Assembly (NCBI RefSeq): GCF_009914755.1
Contig: NC_060934.1
DNA from: the human T2T-CHM13v2.0 reference genome, Homo sapiens
Strand: one strand, 5' to 3'
Length of the DNA stretch: 64,000 bases
Shown here: piece by piece, positions 31,127 through 48,802 of the stretch
How the letters are laid out: the number at the start of each line of letters is the position of its first letter
Position numbering within the stretch: position 1 is the stretch's first letter
The notes under the pieces: generated by a model
The model's database searches: none
The model's input: only the letters and a program-made list of their open reading frames with translations
What the model was told of the DNA's origin: nothing
Made by a program: the position numbers and the translations under genes

Positions 31127-32305
31127 CAGATGGTCCTTGACTTAGGATTGTTAGACATAATGATTTACCCACTTTATGATGATGTGAAATAGAAATGGTG
31201 CATTCAGTAGAAAATGTATTTCGAATACCCATACACCCATTCTGCTTCTCACTTTTAGTACCATATCCAATAAATTACGAGATACTCAACACTGTATTAT
31301 AAAATAGGTTTTGTTAGATGATTTTGAAATAGAAGAGTTCCCTTATGACCCTCGCAGGGGGTGCGACAGGAATGAGGCTTGCTCCTTTGGTGCCCTGCTG
31401 CTCAAACCCCTAGGGGGGAGCATGCAGCATGCAGATGGGCAGGTGCAGAGGCTGTGGGGAGTGCTTTTGGGCTCCACCCCACGGCAGCATCTAGGACTCC
31501 TGAAGCCCAAGTGGGCGTGTGTTACAGTGTGCTCTTTCAGCTATACCATCTGCAGACAGCTTGTGTTAGTCAGCTCAATAGACCCTCTGCCTTATCACAA
31601 GGACAGGGAGGCAGTGTGACAGCCTGAGTTCTTGCCCAGTGTACTGGAAGAATCAGATCACATGTGGGCTGGAGGGTTGAGTGCAAGGTTTTATTGAGTG
31701 GTGTAGGTGGCTCTCAGCGAGATGGATGGGGAACTGGAAGTGGGGAGTGGAGTGGGAAGGTGGTCTTCCCCTGGAGCCAGGCTGCCTAACCCCCCAGACT
31801 ATTCTCCAACCACTGCTGGCCAAACTCCCCTTGGTGTCCAGATGTCCTTCTTCTCTCTTTCTCTGCTGCGCCACCCCACTGCTCTCCACTGCTCTATTCC
31901 TTCACTCTTCTCAATGTTTAGCGCTTGTGTCTATGCCCATTAAGGTCTCAGGTTTTTATGGGCACAGGATGCGGGGTGTGGTGAATCATAGTGGTCTTGG
32001 AAATGTAACATTTGCGCATGAAAACAGGAGTGCCTGTTCCCACTTAGGTCCGTGGGCACAGGTCCGAGGGTGGAGCCCTCGCCAGGGATCCTGCCCTTCT
32101 CTACCTAGCACTTCTCTGCCTCCTGTCCCTATCAATTTTGCCCAGTTGGAAGCTAATGTAAGTGTTCTCAACACGTTTAAGGTAGGCTACGCTGAGCCGT
32201 GATGTTTGGTAGGTCAGGTGTATTAAGTGCATTTTTGACTTAGCATATTTCAACTCACATTGGGTTTAACAGGGCCTAATTTGATCATGAGTAGAGGAGC
32301 ACCTG
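31127..32305 (-). mobile_element. MER47A (Tigger-type) DNA transposon split by an LTR
   Basis: cagatggtccttgactta ... gaggagcacctg termini; the two halves rejoin across the LTR at attt. Confidence 0.8.
31325..32134 (-). mobile_element. ERV1 solo LTR (LTR1/LTR27/LTR28-like)
   Basis: TG...CA termini with a 4-bp TSD ATTT at 31321-31324 and 32135-32138; reverse strand begins TGATAGGGACAGGAGGCAGAG. Confidence 0.8.
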
Positions 32306-32606
32306 CAGTTACTTCAGTCAGTTCCTGTCCATTTGATGGCTGCTTAGATGGAGGGATGAATTCCTGGAGTTTCCCACACCACCATCTTCTGTGACATCCC
32401 TTCCCCAAGATTTGGATTTATTTTTTGCCCCAGTGGCCTCTTGTAGCCTGATAAATCTTTGTTTCAACGAGGTCAAGGTCATGGGGTAAATTCTTTGTGG
32501 GGTGGTTGGCTGCATTTTGTTTAAACTTCACAGATTTTAGTACTGATCCTAATTTTTAATTTTACTAATGTGATATACACACTTATGTAATTAAAAAACA
32601 AACCCT

Positions 32607-32933
<327 letters not shown>

Positions 32934-33599
32934 TTAAATGTATTTGCTTCTGAAATATATATAAATGTAAATTAGGCAGTCACTTTTGTATATGATTTAT
33001 TTATATTTGAAAGCCACAAATGACCCATTTAAACTATTTTTTTCATAAGCCAGTGAAACAATGTCTGAGAAACATTTTTGTTTTGTCTGTTCTGTTCTAT
33101 AACCATCATTTTTTTTTTCAGTCATGTACAGCCTTAGTGACAAAGAAACTTTGGTCCTCTGTCCTACATTTTCACTATCTTTTTCCCTCCGGTCAGGATA
33201 ATCTCAAATTTACATGTTAAAAACAATCAGTAAGAGAACTACATCACATTTCTAATAGGATGGAAACTTTTCAACTTTATCACAAAGACAACGAATGTGG
33301 AGGCTTTCCGTTTGAAGATAAAACTATTCATTTAAAAAATTTTAAAAATTACAATGTTTCCAGTAGCTTCTTTTTGAATTACTAACATATTCCACACTCT
33401 AGTAACGGTTTGGCCAGCTAATCGTTAGTTTCTGCTTTAAAATGTTCTAAATTCCTGTTCTACTTTTGAAAAATGACAACATAAATGTTTGGAGGGTTAT
33501 TTTCTGCTTAATGAAAGATCTAGAAACATATTTTATTCTAAGAAAGAATTCCACTTGCCTTTAAATAAAGATATACCTTTTGACCAAACAATCAGATTT

Positions 33600-33916
<317 letters not shown>

Positions 33917-34019
33917 AGATTTTCTTTTTCTAGCAAGGGGACCCACTTAAACTTGAAGAGGACCGGGATGGTTGAGGCTGGGCAGCAAGGCTTTACTGCA
34001 AATCCTTTACCACTGTTTT

Positions 34020-34799
34020 TTCTGGCTTTCTAGAGAACGTTCTAGCAAAAGGTTTCTAGAACTTTCTCCTTCCTGGCCTGACTGACATTCCCTCTTAGGT
34101 GTAGCCTCCTTTTCACTTTTCTTCTGCCTGGAGGAAATGAAGCTCCACGGAACTTTCTGTTGAAACTTTCCAAGAAAAAAAAGAAAGGCTCTAAGCACTG
34201 AATGTGGAAACTGAAGGGGATGAGCTTCAACTCTGAAGTGTTTCCAGCGTAAAACTGTCCTTTCCAGGGCCCGTGTGGCTGTCACTTCAGAGTGGAGGTT
34301 GTCTGCTGAGGGACCCCTGACTCAGCTGCTTCCCAGGGGAAGCTCCGTCTTCCGGCACAGGTAATGGCCTGCAGCTTGATCTCCACCCAGCCCCATCTGA
34401 GCAGGCCGGGAGCTCCCAGGCTGTTTCACTTCTCTCCTTCCTGACTCCTCACCATCACCATCGCCCTCTCTCCTCCCCACCCCGCCACTCCTCTCCCACA
34501 CGTGTCCCTTTCTCCCCTTCCTCTGCGTCTGCTCTTCTCAGAAGTTAGCTTACGAAGCAAAGTTGTTACTTTGAATTCCTGTTTTTCCAGCCACCCTCAT
34601 GTGACAGGATGTCTCCTCAGTAGAGGCTTTCCCTAAATTCAGGAGCCCTTTAAAAGGGAGGGCTTCCTCTGTAGTTCTTTTCAGCTGGGCAGCTCTGGGA
34701 ACTTGGATTAGGTGGAGAGGCAGTTGGGGGGCCTCGTTGTTTTGCGTCTTAGTTCCGCCCTCCTGTCCATCAGGAGAAGGAAAGGATAAACCCTGGGCC
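34020..34799 (+). promoter_or_regulatory. MRC1: MRC1 proximal promoter and 5' UTR
   Basis: Non-canonical TATA TTTAAAA 34649-34655. Reverse PU.1 box CTTCCTCT ~34663-34670. E/M-box TCATGTGAC 34597-34605 and CACGTG 34499-34504. GAS TTCTCAGAA 34535-34543. AP-1/MARE-like TGACTCAGC 34318-34326. PU.1 GAGGAA 34131-34136. STAT sites 34155-34176. TSS inferred at ~34680-34690, with no ATG between it and 34800. Confidence 0.75.
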
Positions 34800-34860
34800 A
34801 TGAGGCTACCCCTGCTCCTGGTTTTTGCCTCTGTCATTCCGGGTGCTGTTCTCCTACTGG
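34800..34860 (+). CDS. MRC1: MRC1 exon 1 coding part: signal peptide MRLPLLLVFASVIPGAVLLL
   Basis: GGGCCATGA start context. 61 nt ending CTGG|gtaagt (phase 1). Recognised mannose receptor signal peptide. Confidence 0.96.
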
Positions 34861-36118
34861 GTAAGTCTGCTCTGAGGCAGGGGATCTCTGACCTGGGGGG
34901 CCGGAACCACACCTTCCTCTTCTGGGTTACTGTGAATGGGTTCCTTTCAACATCTTTGTGAGGAGGAAACGGGGTTCCCCTGCACCACGCAGTCCACGGC
35001 TAAGCCTGCTGCCTTCACCTGGCGGCCAGGCATGGGAGGCCTGGAGTTGGAGGAGGGAGGAGGATGCGTCTCAGGTCTCGGTTGCTGCCCTGCCGGGAAC
35101 CCTACAGACCTTCAGTGTCCTCCTGACTTCTCTCATCGCTCGTTGTTCCTTCCCTGTTTTCTTCGTGCAGAAATTTCCTGCTCTGTGGTTTACTCTTTCT
35201 GGTTTTCAATTCACACTATTTCTGTCTCACCGCCAACAAACACCTTCTGAGTGTCTCTGGCTGGAAGGAGGGCAGCCCTGATGTCTCCCCGCGTCTTAGG
35301 TCCGAGGGTATCATCGCAGATCATCCCCCCAAAAGAGATTCTAAGCAATTTCCATACTCATTTTTTTTTCTGCCAGAATCATTCAGACACTTGATTGTTA
35401 GAAAGTTCATCCTTATCTGTATTCTAGACTATTCAAACTGCCGCATAAGCAGATCGATTCCTGTTTTTCTTCTTTTTCTGGAGATTAGAGATTACTCATT
35501 AGGAACAGCTCCAGAGTTGTTCAAATTCTCAAATACCTTTTCCAGTCTGTCTTTTCTATTTCTCTATACTCAGTTGCTTAAACTTCAGGATGGGAGTGCC
35601 TCGGGGGATTTTCATTCCTGGTTCTATTTGGAGATGATTTAGAAGAGATTTCAAATTTGATTTTTTGATTTCTGATCCCCCTTTAATTCTATGAAATCAA
35701 CAAACACTTGCAGAGAATGGTTTGTGCCTACGATCTACTCTATGCACTGATGTGAAGGCGGGTGGGAAGTTTCCTAGGAAGAGAGTGTTTTAGTACCGCA
35801 AATGTTAAATCATAAGTATTGAGTGGTAGTGATTACAAAAACACAAGTGAAGGCGGTATGGTTTACATCCTGTCTCTCTCACTCACTAGCTTTGCGACCT
35901 TGGGCAGGCTACTTTATTTCTTTGTGCTTTAGTTTCCATGTCTATAAAATGGAAAGAATAATATTACCTGCCCCCATCAGTTCTTGTGATGATTCAATGA
36001 GTAACAATATGTGAAATGTTTAGAACAGAGTATGACCCATAGTAAGTGCCTTATAAGTGTTAGCTATTAAAATCAGTGGCAGAAAAGAAGTACATAAAAG
36101 GCCAAATAAAAAGGATAG

Positions 36119-41422
<5,304 letters not shown>

Positions 41423-41589
41423 TGTTCAACATTTCTAAGCCTAAGACTGACTAACACCCTCCATCAGCCCCCAGCACCTGGCATAGCTTCTTGAATGTAC
41501 TAGGTGCAGGGTAAATATTTGTTTTTCACTGAATTTGGGGTCTTTGGGGAAAACATAGGTACATTTATTTAACTGAGGCTGGTGAACAT

Positions 41590-42054
41590 ATTTCTTAGTT
41601 TGGATTCCCCAAGAAGCTGTCCTCAGACAATTGCACTCTGGTTTGAGGGCAAGTTAGTTTATTTGGGAAGTGAGCCCAGGAAACACTGACAGGGTAACGG
41701 GGAAGTGAGACAGAAAGGGAAGGTGTGTGGACACCCAGTGACCGCTGTGGGCAATGGAGTGTAGGAGCTCTGGGCGACGGTGTGGAATGGTTGCCTTGGA
41801 CTCATCACATCCAAGGTACAAGAGATTTAGAGCCGTCAGCGGTTCTCCTTGGCCTCTGATGAAGGCTTCCTCCTACAGGGCATTCGTTTTCTGACCCATC
41901 TAATTTGTGCCATGTTTGAGCCTAGAGGGCTCTGATAGCCAGAAAAAGCCCCCAGGGCAAAAGGCGTGGTGCTGGCGTTTGGGAGTGGGGCCTGCATGCA
42001 CCTAAACAGCGAAGGCCGAGGAGAAATAGTATAAATCTGGAGGCATCTGCTACA
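41590..42054 (-). mobile_element. ERVL LTR (LTR33/LTR16-like)
   Basis: tttatttgggaagtgagcccaggaaaca...ggggaagtgagacag and terminal ggcatctgctaca. Confidence 0.6.
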
Positions 42055-42265
42055 GCTACTTGCTGCTTTTCCTCTTATCTGGCTTCTCTGTCTTCCAGAA
42101 GTTATTGTCTTTTGTGTTCCAATGTCAGCATTTTATTTGCTGATAGTCAGGAAAATCTAAAAATGTATAAGAAAATGTAGCATATCATACTTATCTCCCT
42201 GAACAATCACCTTTAATAACCAAATTTTCTTTGCTAGTAGGCTTGGGAATTTAATGACTTGTTCA

Positions 42266-42622
<357 letters not shown>

Positions 42623-42624
42623 CT

Positions 42625-42750
42625 ATGTTACTGGATGTTTAGTCTTTAATCATTTTTAACCTGAGATATTGGGTTGAAACTTATTGCATGTTACTGGATG
42701 TTTAGTCTTTAATCATTTTTAACCTGAGATATTGGGTTGAAACTTATTGC
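42625..42750. repeat. Perfect 63-bp tandem duplication (2 copies)
   Basis: 42625-42687 is identical to 42688-42750. Confidence 0.97.
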
Positions 42751-43865
42751 TTCTTTACTAAATGTATTTTGATCCTTGATCTTTTTGCCCTTGAGTTAAC
42801 CACAGCAGAGAGTGTGCTCAACATGGCAGGAAACTTATGTCTTTTGTTTGTCTTTGTATTGTCATTAGCATAGCATCTGGCGTATGGTCATTGTTTGTCA
42901 AGTATTTGTTGAAAAATTAATGTGAAATTAGTAAGATCAAGCTAGGATGGAAGGAGAATCACTGCAATTCTGGATATAAATTTCTGATGTGTAAGTATTA
43001 AAAAAAGAAACTCACATATTAGATCCTACAAATGAGATTGCAGAGAAATTAAAACAGATCGACTGTGTCGATCTGTTCATCTTTGCCGTATTTCTGTTAC
43101 AAAAACATAATTGGTATGGACAAAAATAGAATGTTTATAAATGTTGGTGTGGTTAATATTGGTAAAAATGCCACAAGCTGCCTTTTGGCCAACGTCTTGA
43201 ATACGCCTTCAGAGGAAGAAGTATGACATTTTAAGTCAGACATGTTGCAGAGATGATGATAAAGGCAAAATGACATGCTGATTACTTGGGGAGAAGAATA
43301 ATGCACGATGAATGTATCACCATAGAGCAATAATTTTACATTTCCTTGTATTGTCTGGCAAAGGCAATATCAAACTTACACTGCTTCCTAATGGCAAAAG
43401 ATAAATAAAGGAAACAAGAATAGATAAGTGTGTATTGAAACAGAACCTTTTCATTTCCAAGTACCCTTTTTGTAAGTATACACATTTCTAAATTGCTCTT
43501 CAGTAAAAATAAGCTTTCAGGGGAAAAATGAATATTCAGCATACCTGTAATCATTAATCTATCATTAGATAAATAATTTATCTGGGTTACTAGTTAAGAT
43601 GCCTCCGCTTAATAAACATTCTTTCATTCATTCAACTAATTATTTGTTGAGAGATTATTTATGCTCCCCAAAAAGAGACTGCAGCACTAAATCAGAAAGA
43701 TCAAGTACCTCGTCTCATGAAATTTACATTCCAGTAGGGGACTATGGACAGAACATTAGTAAACAAATTGAAGAAAAATATATTTTAAGATGGTTATGGA
43801 TATTATATGGTAAATAAAAGAATAAAATGAGTTAGGATGATCAGCCTGCTACGATGTTGACACTT

Positions 43866-44150
43866 GGCTGGGCGCAGTGGCTCACACCTGTAATCCCAAC
43901 ACGCTGGGAGGCCGAGGTGTGCGGATCACTTGAGGTCAGGAGTTCGAGACCAGCTTGGCCAACATGGTGAAACCCCACCTCTACTAAAAATACAAAAATT
44001 AGGTGGGTGTGGTGACAAGCACCTGTAATCCCAGAGCTGAGGCAGGAGAATGGTTTGAAATCAGGAGGCTGAGGTTGCAGTGAGCCAAGATGGCGCCACT
44101 GTACTCCAGCCTGGGTGAAATAGCAAGGGTCTGTCTCAAGGAAAGAAAGA
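43866..44150 (+). mobile_element. Alu
   Basis: TSD gttgacacttg. Confidence 0.88.
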
Positions 44151-44799
44151 AAAGGAAAGTTGACACTTGAGCTGTGACCTTAGTGAGCATCCCAAGAAGA
44201 GGGAACTCAAAACATGAAGTCACTAATGTGGAAGTGAGCCTGGAGAGTTTGAGGAGCTGAAAGGTGGTGTGGTTGGTGGTGAGGGCAGACAGGTCACTGT
44301 TCCCTTTCTAATAAACAATGATATAGGGGCTGGATGTATTTTTCCTGGGTACAGTGGTTCCCTTTTGCAGGGTTTAAGTTGTTGAGAACTTGTAGTTAGA
44401 AACCCAATCTCCTTCCCACCCAGAAAACCTCTCCATAAAGGTAGATGAGAAAGAAAAGAATTTTACTATTGAGTGAACATTCAACCAGAATGTGGTGTAC
44501 ATCGCAGGCAATCTGCAAAAGAGATGGGAAAAACAGAAAGAGATCTCACTCTTGTAGGTGGCTCAGTGAAGACCACCTATTATATTAGGTAGGTTTTGCA
44601 ATTTGGCATCAGGTGACAAGTCAGGCCCGGCTCCTCCCAGAAAACTGGGAGATCAGGTGTTATCTTTTTTGATGATTCCATTTTCAAGAGAGGAAGATTA
44701 GAGCCAAACCATGGTGGCTTGGCCTGGGATGGTGTAAATGGAGTTGGAGCAAAGAGAATGAATTAGGGTATATGTATGAATTCAGAGTTGTATGTGTGT

Positions 44800-45563
44800 G
44801 TGTGTGTGTGTGTGTGTACACAGAAAGGGAAGAGAAGAGGGTGGAGAGAGGGAGAGAGAGAGAGTTATTTAAGGAATTGGCTCACACAATTGTGGAAGCT
44901 GGCAAGTCCAAAACCTGCAGGGGTAGAGGAGTATGCAGGAAACTCAGGAGAGAGTTGATATTGCAGTTTGAGACTGAAGCAGTCTAGAGCTGGGTGAGGT
45001 GGCCCATGCCTGTAATCTCAGCACTTTGGGAGGCCGAGGCAGGAGGATCACTTGAGCCTAGGAGTTCAAGACCAACCTAGGCAACAAAGTGACACCCCTG
45101 TCTCCAGTAAAAATAAAAAATATTAACTGGGTATGGTGGCACAGGTCTATAGTCCCAGCTACTCGGGAGGCTGAAGTGGGAGGATCGCTTGAGCCTAGGA
45201 ATTCAAGGCTGCAGTGAGCTGTGATTGCACTACTGCACTCCAGCTTGGGCGACAGAGCAAGATCCTGTCTCAAAAACAAACGAACAAACAAAAACAGAAA
45301 TAAAGCAGTCCAGAGGCAGAATTCATTCTTTGGGGAATTCCCCCTTTTTCTTCTTCTTCAGCTTGTTTCTCTTAAGATCTTCGCCTGACTGGATGAGGCC
45401 CACCCACGCTGAGGAGGGTGAGCTGCTTTACTCAAAGTTGGCTGATTGAAATGATCATCTCATCTTTAAAAGAATTCCTTTGTAACAACATCCAGTCTGG
45501 TGCTTGATCAAATATCTGGGTGCCAAGACCCAGCCACGTTGACACATAAAATTAACCACTGCA
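44800..45563 (-). mobile_element. MLT2-type ERVL LTR containing an AluJ (~44988-45302)
   Basis: taaggaattggctcacacaattgtggaagctggcaagtcc...gacacataaaattaaccactgca; Alu TSD aagcagtc(t/c)aga. Confidence 0.8.
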
Positions 45564-46877
45564 GTGTATTTTTGGGTAGACATGGTAGATTTCACTATTG
45601 CCTTAGGATGCAAAAACAAGCTGAAAATCCAGGAAGACTCCTAGGTTTTTAGCTTATAGATCTCGGGGGATGGTGGTGCCAAGAATTAGAAAGAGAAGTT
45701 TGGATGTTACTCATTAAATGCTGTCTTAGAGTGAAATTAAGATGAACTGCAGATAAAAATTAGGCATATAAAAGTCAAGTATAAAAACATCTGAAGGAGG
45801 AACACTGTTCATGCATAAAGATTTTTGAACGCCTTCTCTTAAAAGACTGGTTGCCAATCAGTTAATTGACTGAATTTGACCAGTTAATAAGACTGTTGTT
45901 TGACAATACAGTGAAAATGGCCAAAGTATAAGGTGGAAGATATATTTACTATTATTAACAATGAGGTATTACTAAGCAAAGCTATCTGAAAAGTGGAAGA
46001 TAAGTCCAGCTTTAAAAAAAACAACAGTAGGTAGAATAACACAAACAAATTACATTAAATTTAGAGGCTAGTATAGTGGAGTTTACATATATCTATGGCA
46101 AAAGTTTCAGAGTTCATTACATTTTGAGATTAGAGAAGATAATTTACCTTTGCATAAAGTAAATGATCATAGTCACTGTTTTTTAAAAAACCGTTTTTAT
46201 TTTCCTATTTCCTGTGTTCCATTGTGAGCAAAGCCCTATATTATCAAAATTCTCATTTTATTGCCAAGGTAGAAAATTACTCATTTTGTCCCACTAGGGC
46301 ACGAGCAGTTACAAAATGAGATCAAGTGTGGAAGGAAGCTCAGCTAGACAGGAGGAGATTGGGACAGGTATTGCATGTTCTGTGAACAGATGTCAAGTGC
46401 AGAGAAGCCAGCAGAGGCAGGTGTCTGGATCCAGGCTTTACTGAGTTCCAATTCCAAGAAATCAAAGCAGCATGAATGAGTAACCCAGCAGAGGAGCCCA
46501 GGCAGAGGTTTGAAGTTGCAGAGAACTAGGAACCCAGGTGGCATAGAGGCAGCGAGAGTAAGTCTTACTCACTCTAAGTAAGACAGCATTTAATGCGTAA
46601 CATCCAAACTTCTCTTTCTCATTCTTGGCACCATCATCCCCCAAGATCCATGAGCTAAAAACCTAGGAATCTTCCTGGATTTTCAGCTTGTTTTTGCATT
46701 CTAAGGCAATAGTGAAATCTACCACCTTTACCCAAAAATATACTGCAGTGGTTAATTTTATGTGTCAACGTGGCTGGGTCTTGGTACCCAGATATTTGAT
46801 CAAGCACCAGACTGGATGTTGCTATAAAGGTTTTGTTTTTTGTTTGTTTTTTTTTAAAGATGAGATGATCATTTCAA
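45446..46877. repeat. Inverted duplication: arms 45446-45734 and 46569-46877
   Basis: Reverse complement of the left arm aligns to the right arm at >90% identity apart from small indels. Confidence 0.92.
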
Positions 46878-47667
46878 GGTAGGATAGAGGCAGGAGATCT
46901 GGAACTAGTGTGGACAAGAGCATACAGAGGAGCGTGTCAGGAGAAAATAATCTTTTGAGGCAAAAATTTATTATAAGCTTTAAGCTTATGGGTCTAGAAC
47001 TGATCTCAGAGTGTAAGTGGTGCTAACCTCCCTGGGGTGTTCAGAACAGGAAATAGAATACAGCTTGCAAAAATGCTTTGGAAACACTGAAGGACGCTAC
47101 TAGTGGTATGATTCTAACTTTGTTTGATTTCGCTGGAATTATTTAATTAAAAATAATGAGCTCATTTAGTCAGAACCTCAAACATCTGCACTACTACCAG
47201 CTCATTTTGAAAGAACAAGGTGAATGCATGGAATTTAGGAAAATTTCACAAGATGTGTTTAATTTATGTTTATGTCACAAAATCAAAGCACTCAGTTACT
47301 TTCATTTGTTTATTCCTTAACAATAAAGAAAAAAGAGAAAGCTTTACATGAACTCAATTTTGATTTAATTAAAGGAAAAAAAAATGCTTACCAGATCCTT
47401 TTTTCCTCTTTTGCAAGAGGAAGTTCCGTTTTGCCAGCTAGCAGCTATGTGCTGTTAAGTATAAGCCATCCTTACATATTTACTTGAATCACCAGTTCCA
47501 AATTACAAATATAAAAAATGTTATTTTTAAAGTTATTCTCATAAAATATTCTCTCCAATGATATAAAACTTACATTGATTTTTCCTTTATTGCAAACTTC
47601 ACTATTAAATTATTAACAAATAATACCAAAATGTGTTGAGATGTGTCACACTACAAAATCCTATTCT

Positions 47668-47994
<327 letters not shown>

Positions 47995-48400
47995 TTAATT
48001 TTACAGTTTATTGTATTCGTATTACCCAAATTTTCTTTTCCCAGTTGATATTATTCCTTTCTGTTTTCTGCCTTGTATGTTCCACTCCTGGACAATCCTT
48101 GGGCATGTAAGGTGGGACTTTGCATGAGACTCCTCACAGTGAACTAGGACATTTTGAGAACATCCAGCTGAGGGCTGGTACCTTGGCAGGCCCTCAGTCC
48201 AGGTTCTCCTTCCAGCTTCAGGGATCCTCGAAGAGAGCTGGCCCAGGCACAGTCATCAGTACCTCTTTTCCTGCAATCTTAAGTCTTTAGGGAAATGGAA
48301 GAGTTGGAAACTTTTGACCTAAAAGATCGTCCTTGTTACATGAATCCACTTAGCCATGCTTGCTTTCTTCTTCTTTTCCTGCTTCTTTCTTTTTAAACAG

Positions 48401-48802
48401 ACACCAGGCAATTTTTAATCTATAATGAAGATCACAAGCGCTGCGTGGATGCAGTGAGTCCCAGTGCCGTCCAAACCGCAGCTTGCAACCAGGATGCCGA
48501 ATCACAGAAATTCCGATGGGTGTCCGAATCTCAGATTATGAGTGTTGCATTTAAATTATGCCTGGGAGTGCCATCAAAAACGGACTGGGTTGCTATCACT
48601 CTCTATGCCTGTGACTCAAAAAGTGAATTTCAGAAATGGGAGTGCAAAAATGACACACTTTTGGGGATCAAAGGAGAAGATTTATTTTTTAACTACGGCA
48701 ACAGACAAGAAAAGAATATTATGCTCTACAAGGGATCGGGTTTATGGAGCAGGTGGAAGATCTATGGAACCACAGACAATCTGTGCTCCAGAGGTTATGA
48801 AG
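48401..48802 (+). CDS. MRC1: MRC1 exon 2: cysteine-rich ricin B-type lectin domain ([19 protein letters not shown]...NLCSRGYE)
   Basis: Long pyrimidine tract then aaacag|AC; donor GAAG|gtaaga. 402 nt, phase 1-1. Six Cys and QxW-like repeats. Confidence 0.97.

Noticed and set aside
31311-32202. ORFs of 102 and 173 aa
   Set aside because: Fall within a GC-rich solo LTR; no recognisable protein
34737-34961. N-terminally extended MRC1 or upstream start
   Set aside because: The track start is TTG. The ATG at 34800 has good context and gives the known signal peptide; the tail is intron 1.
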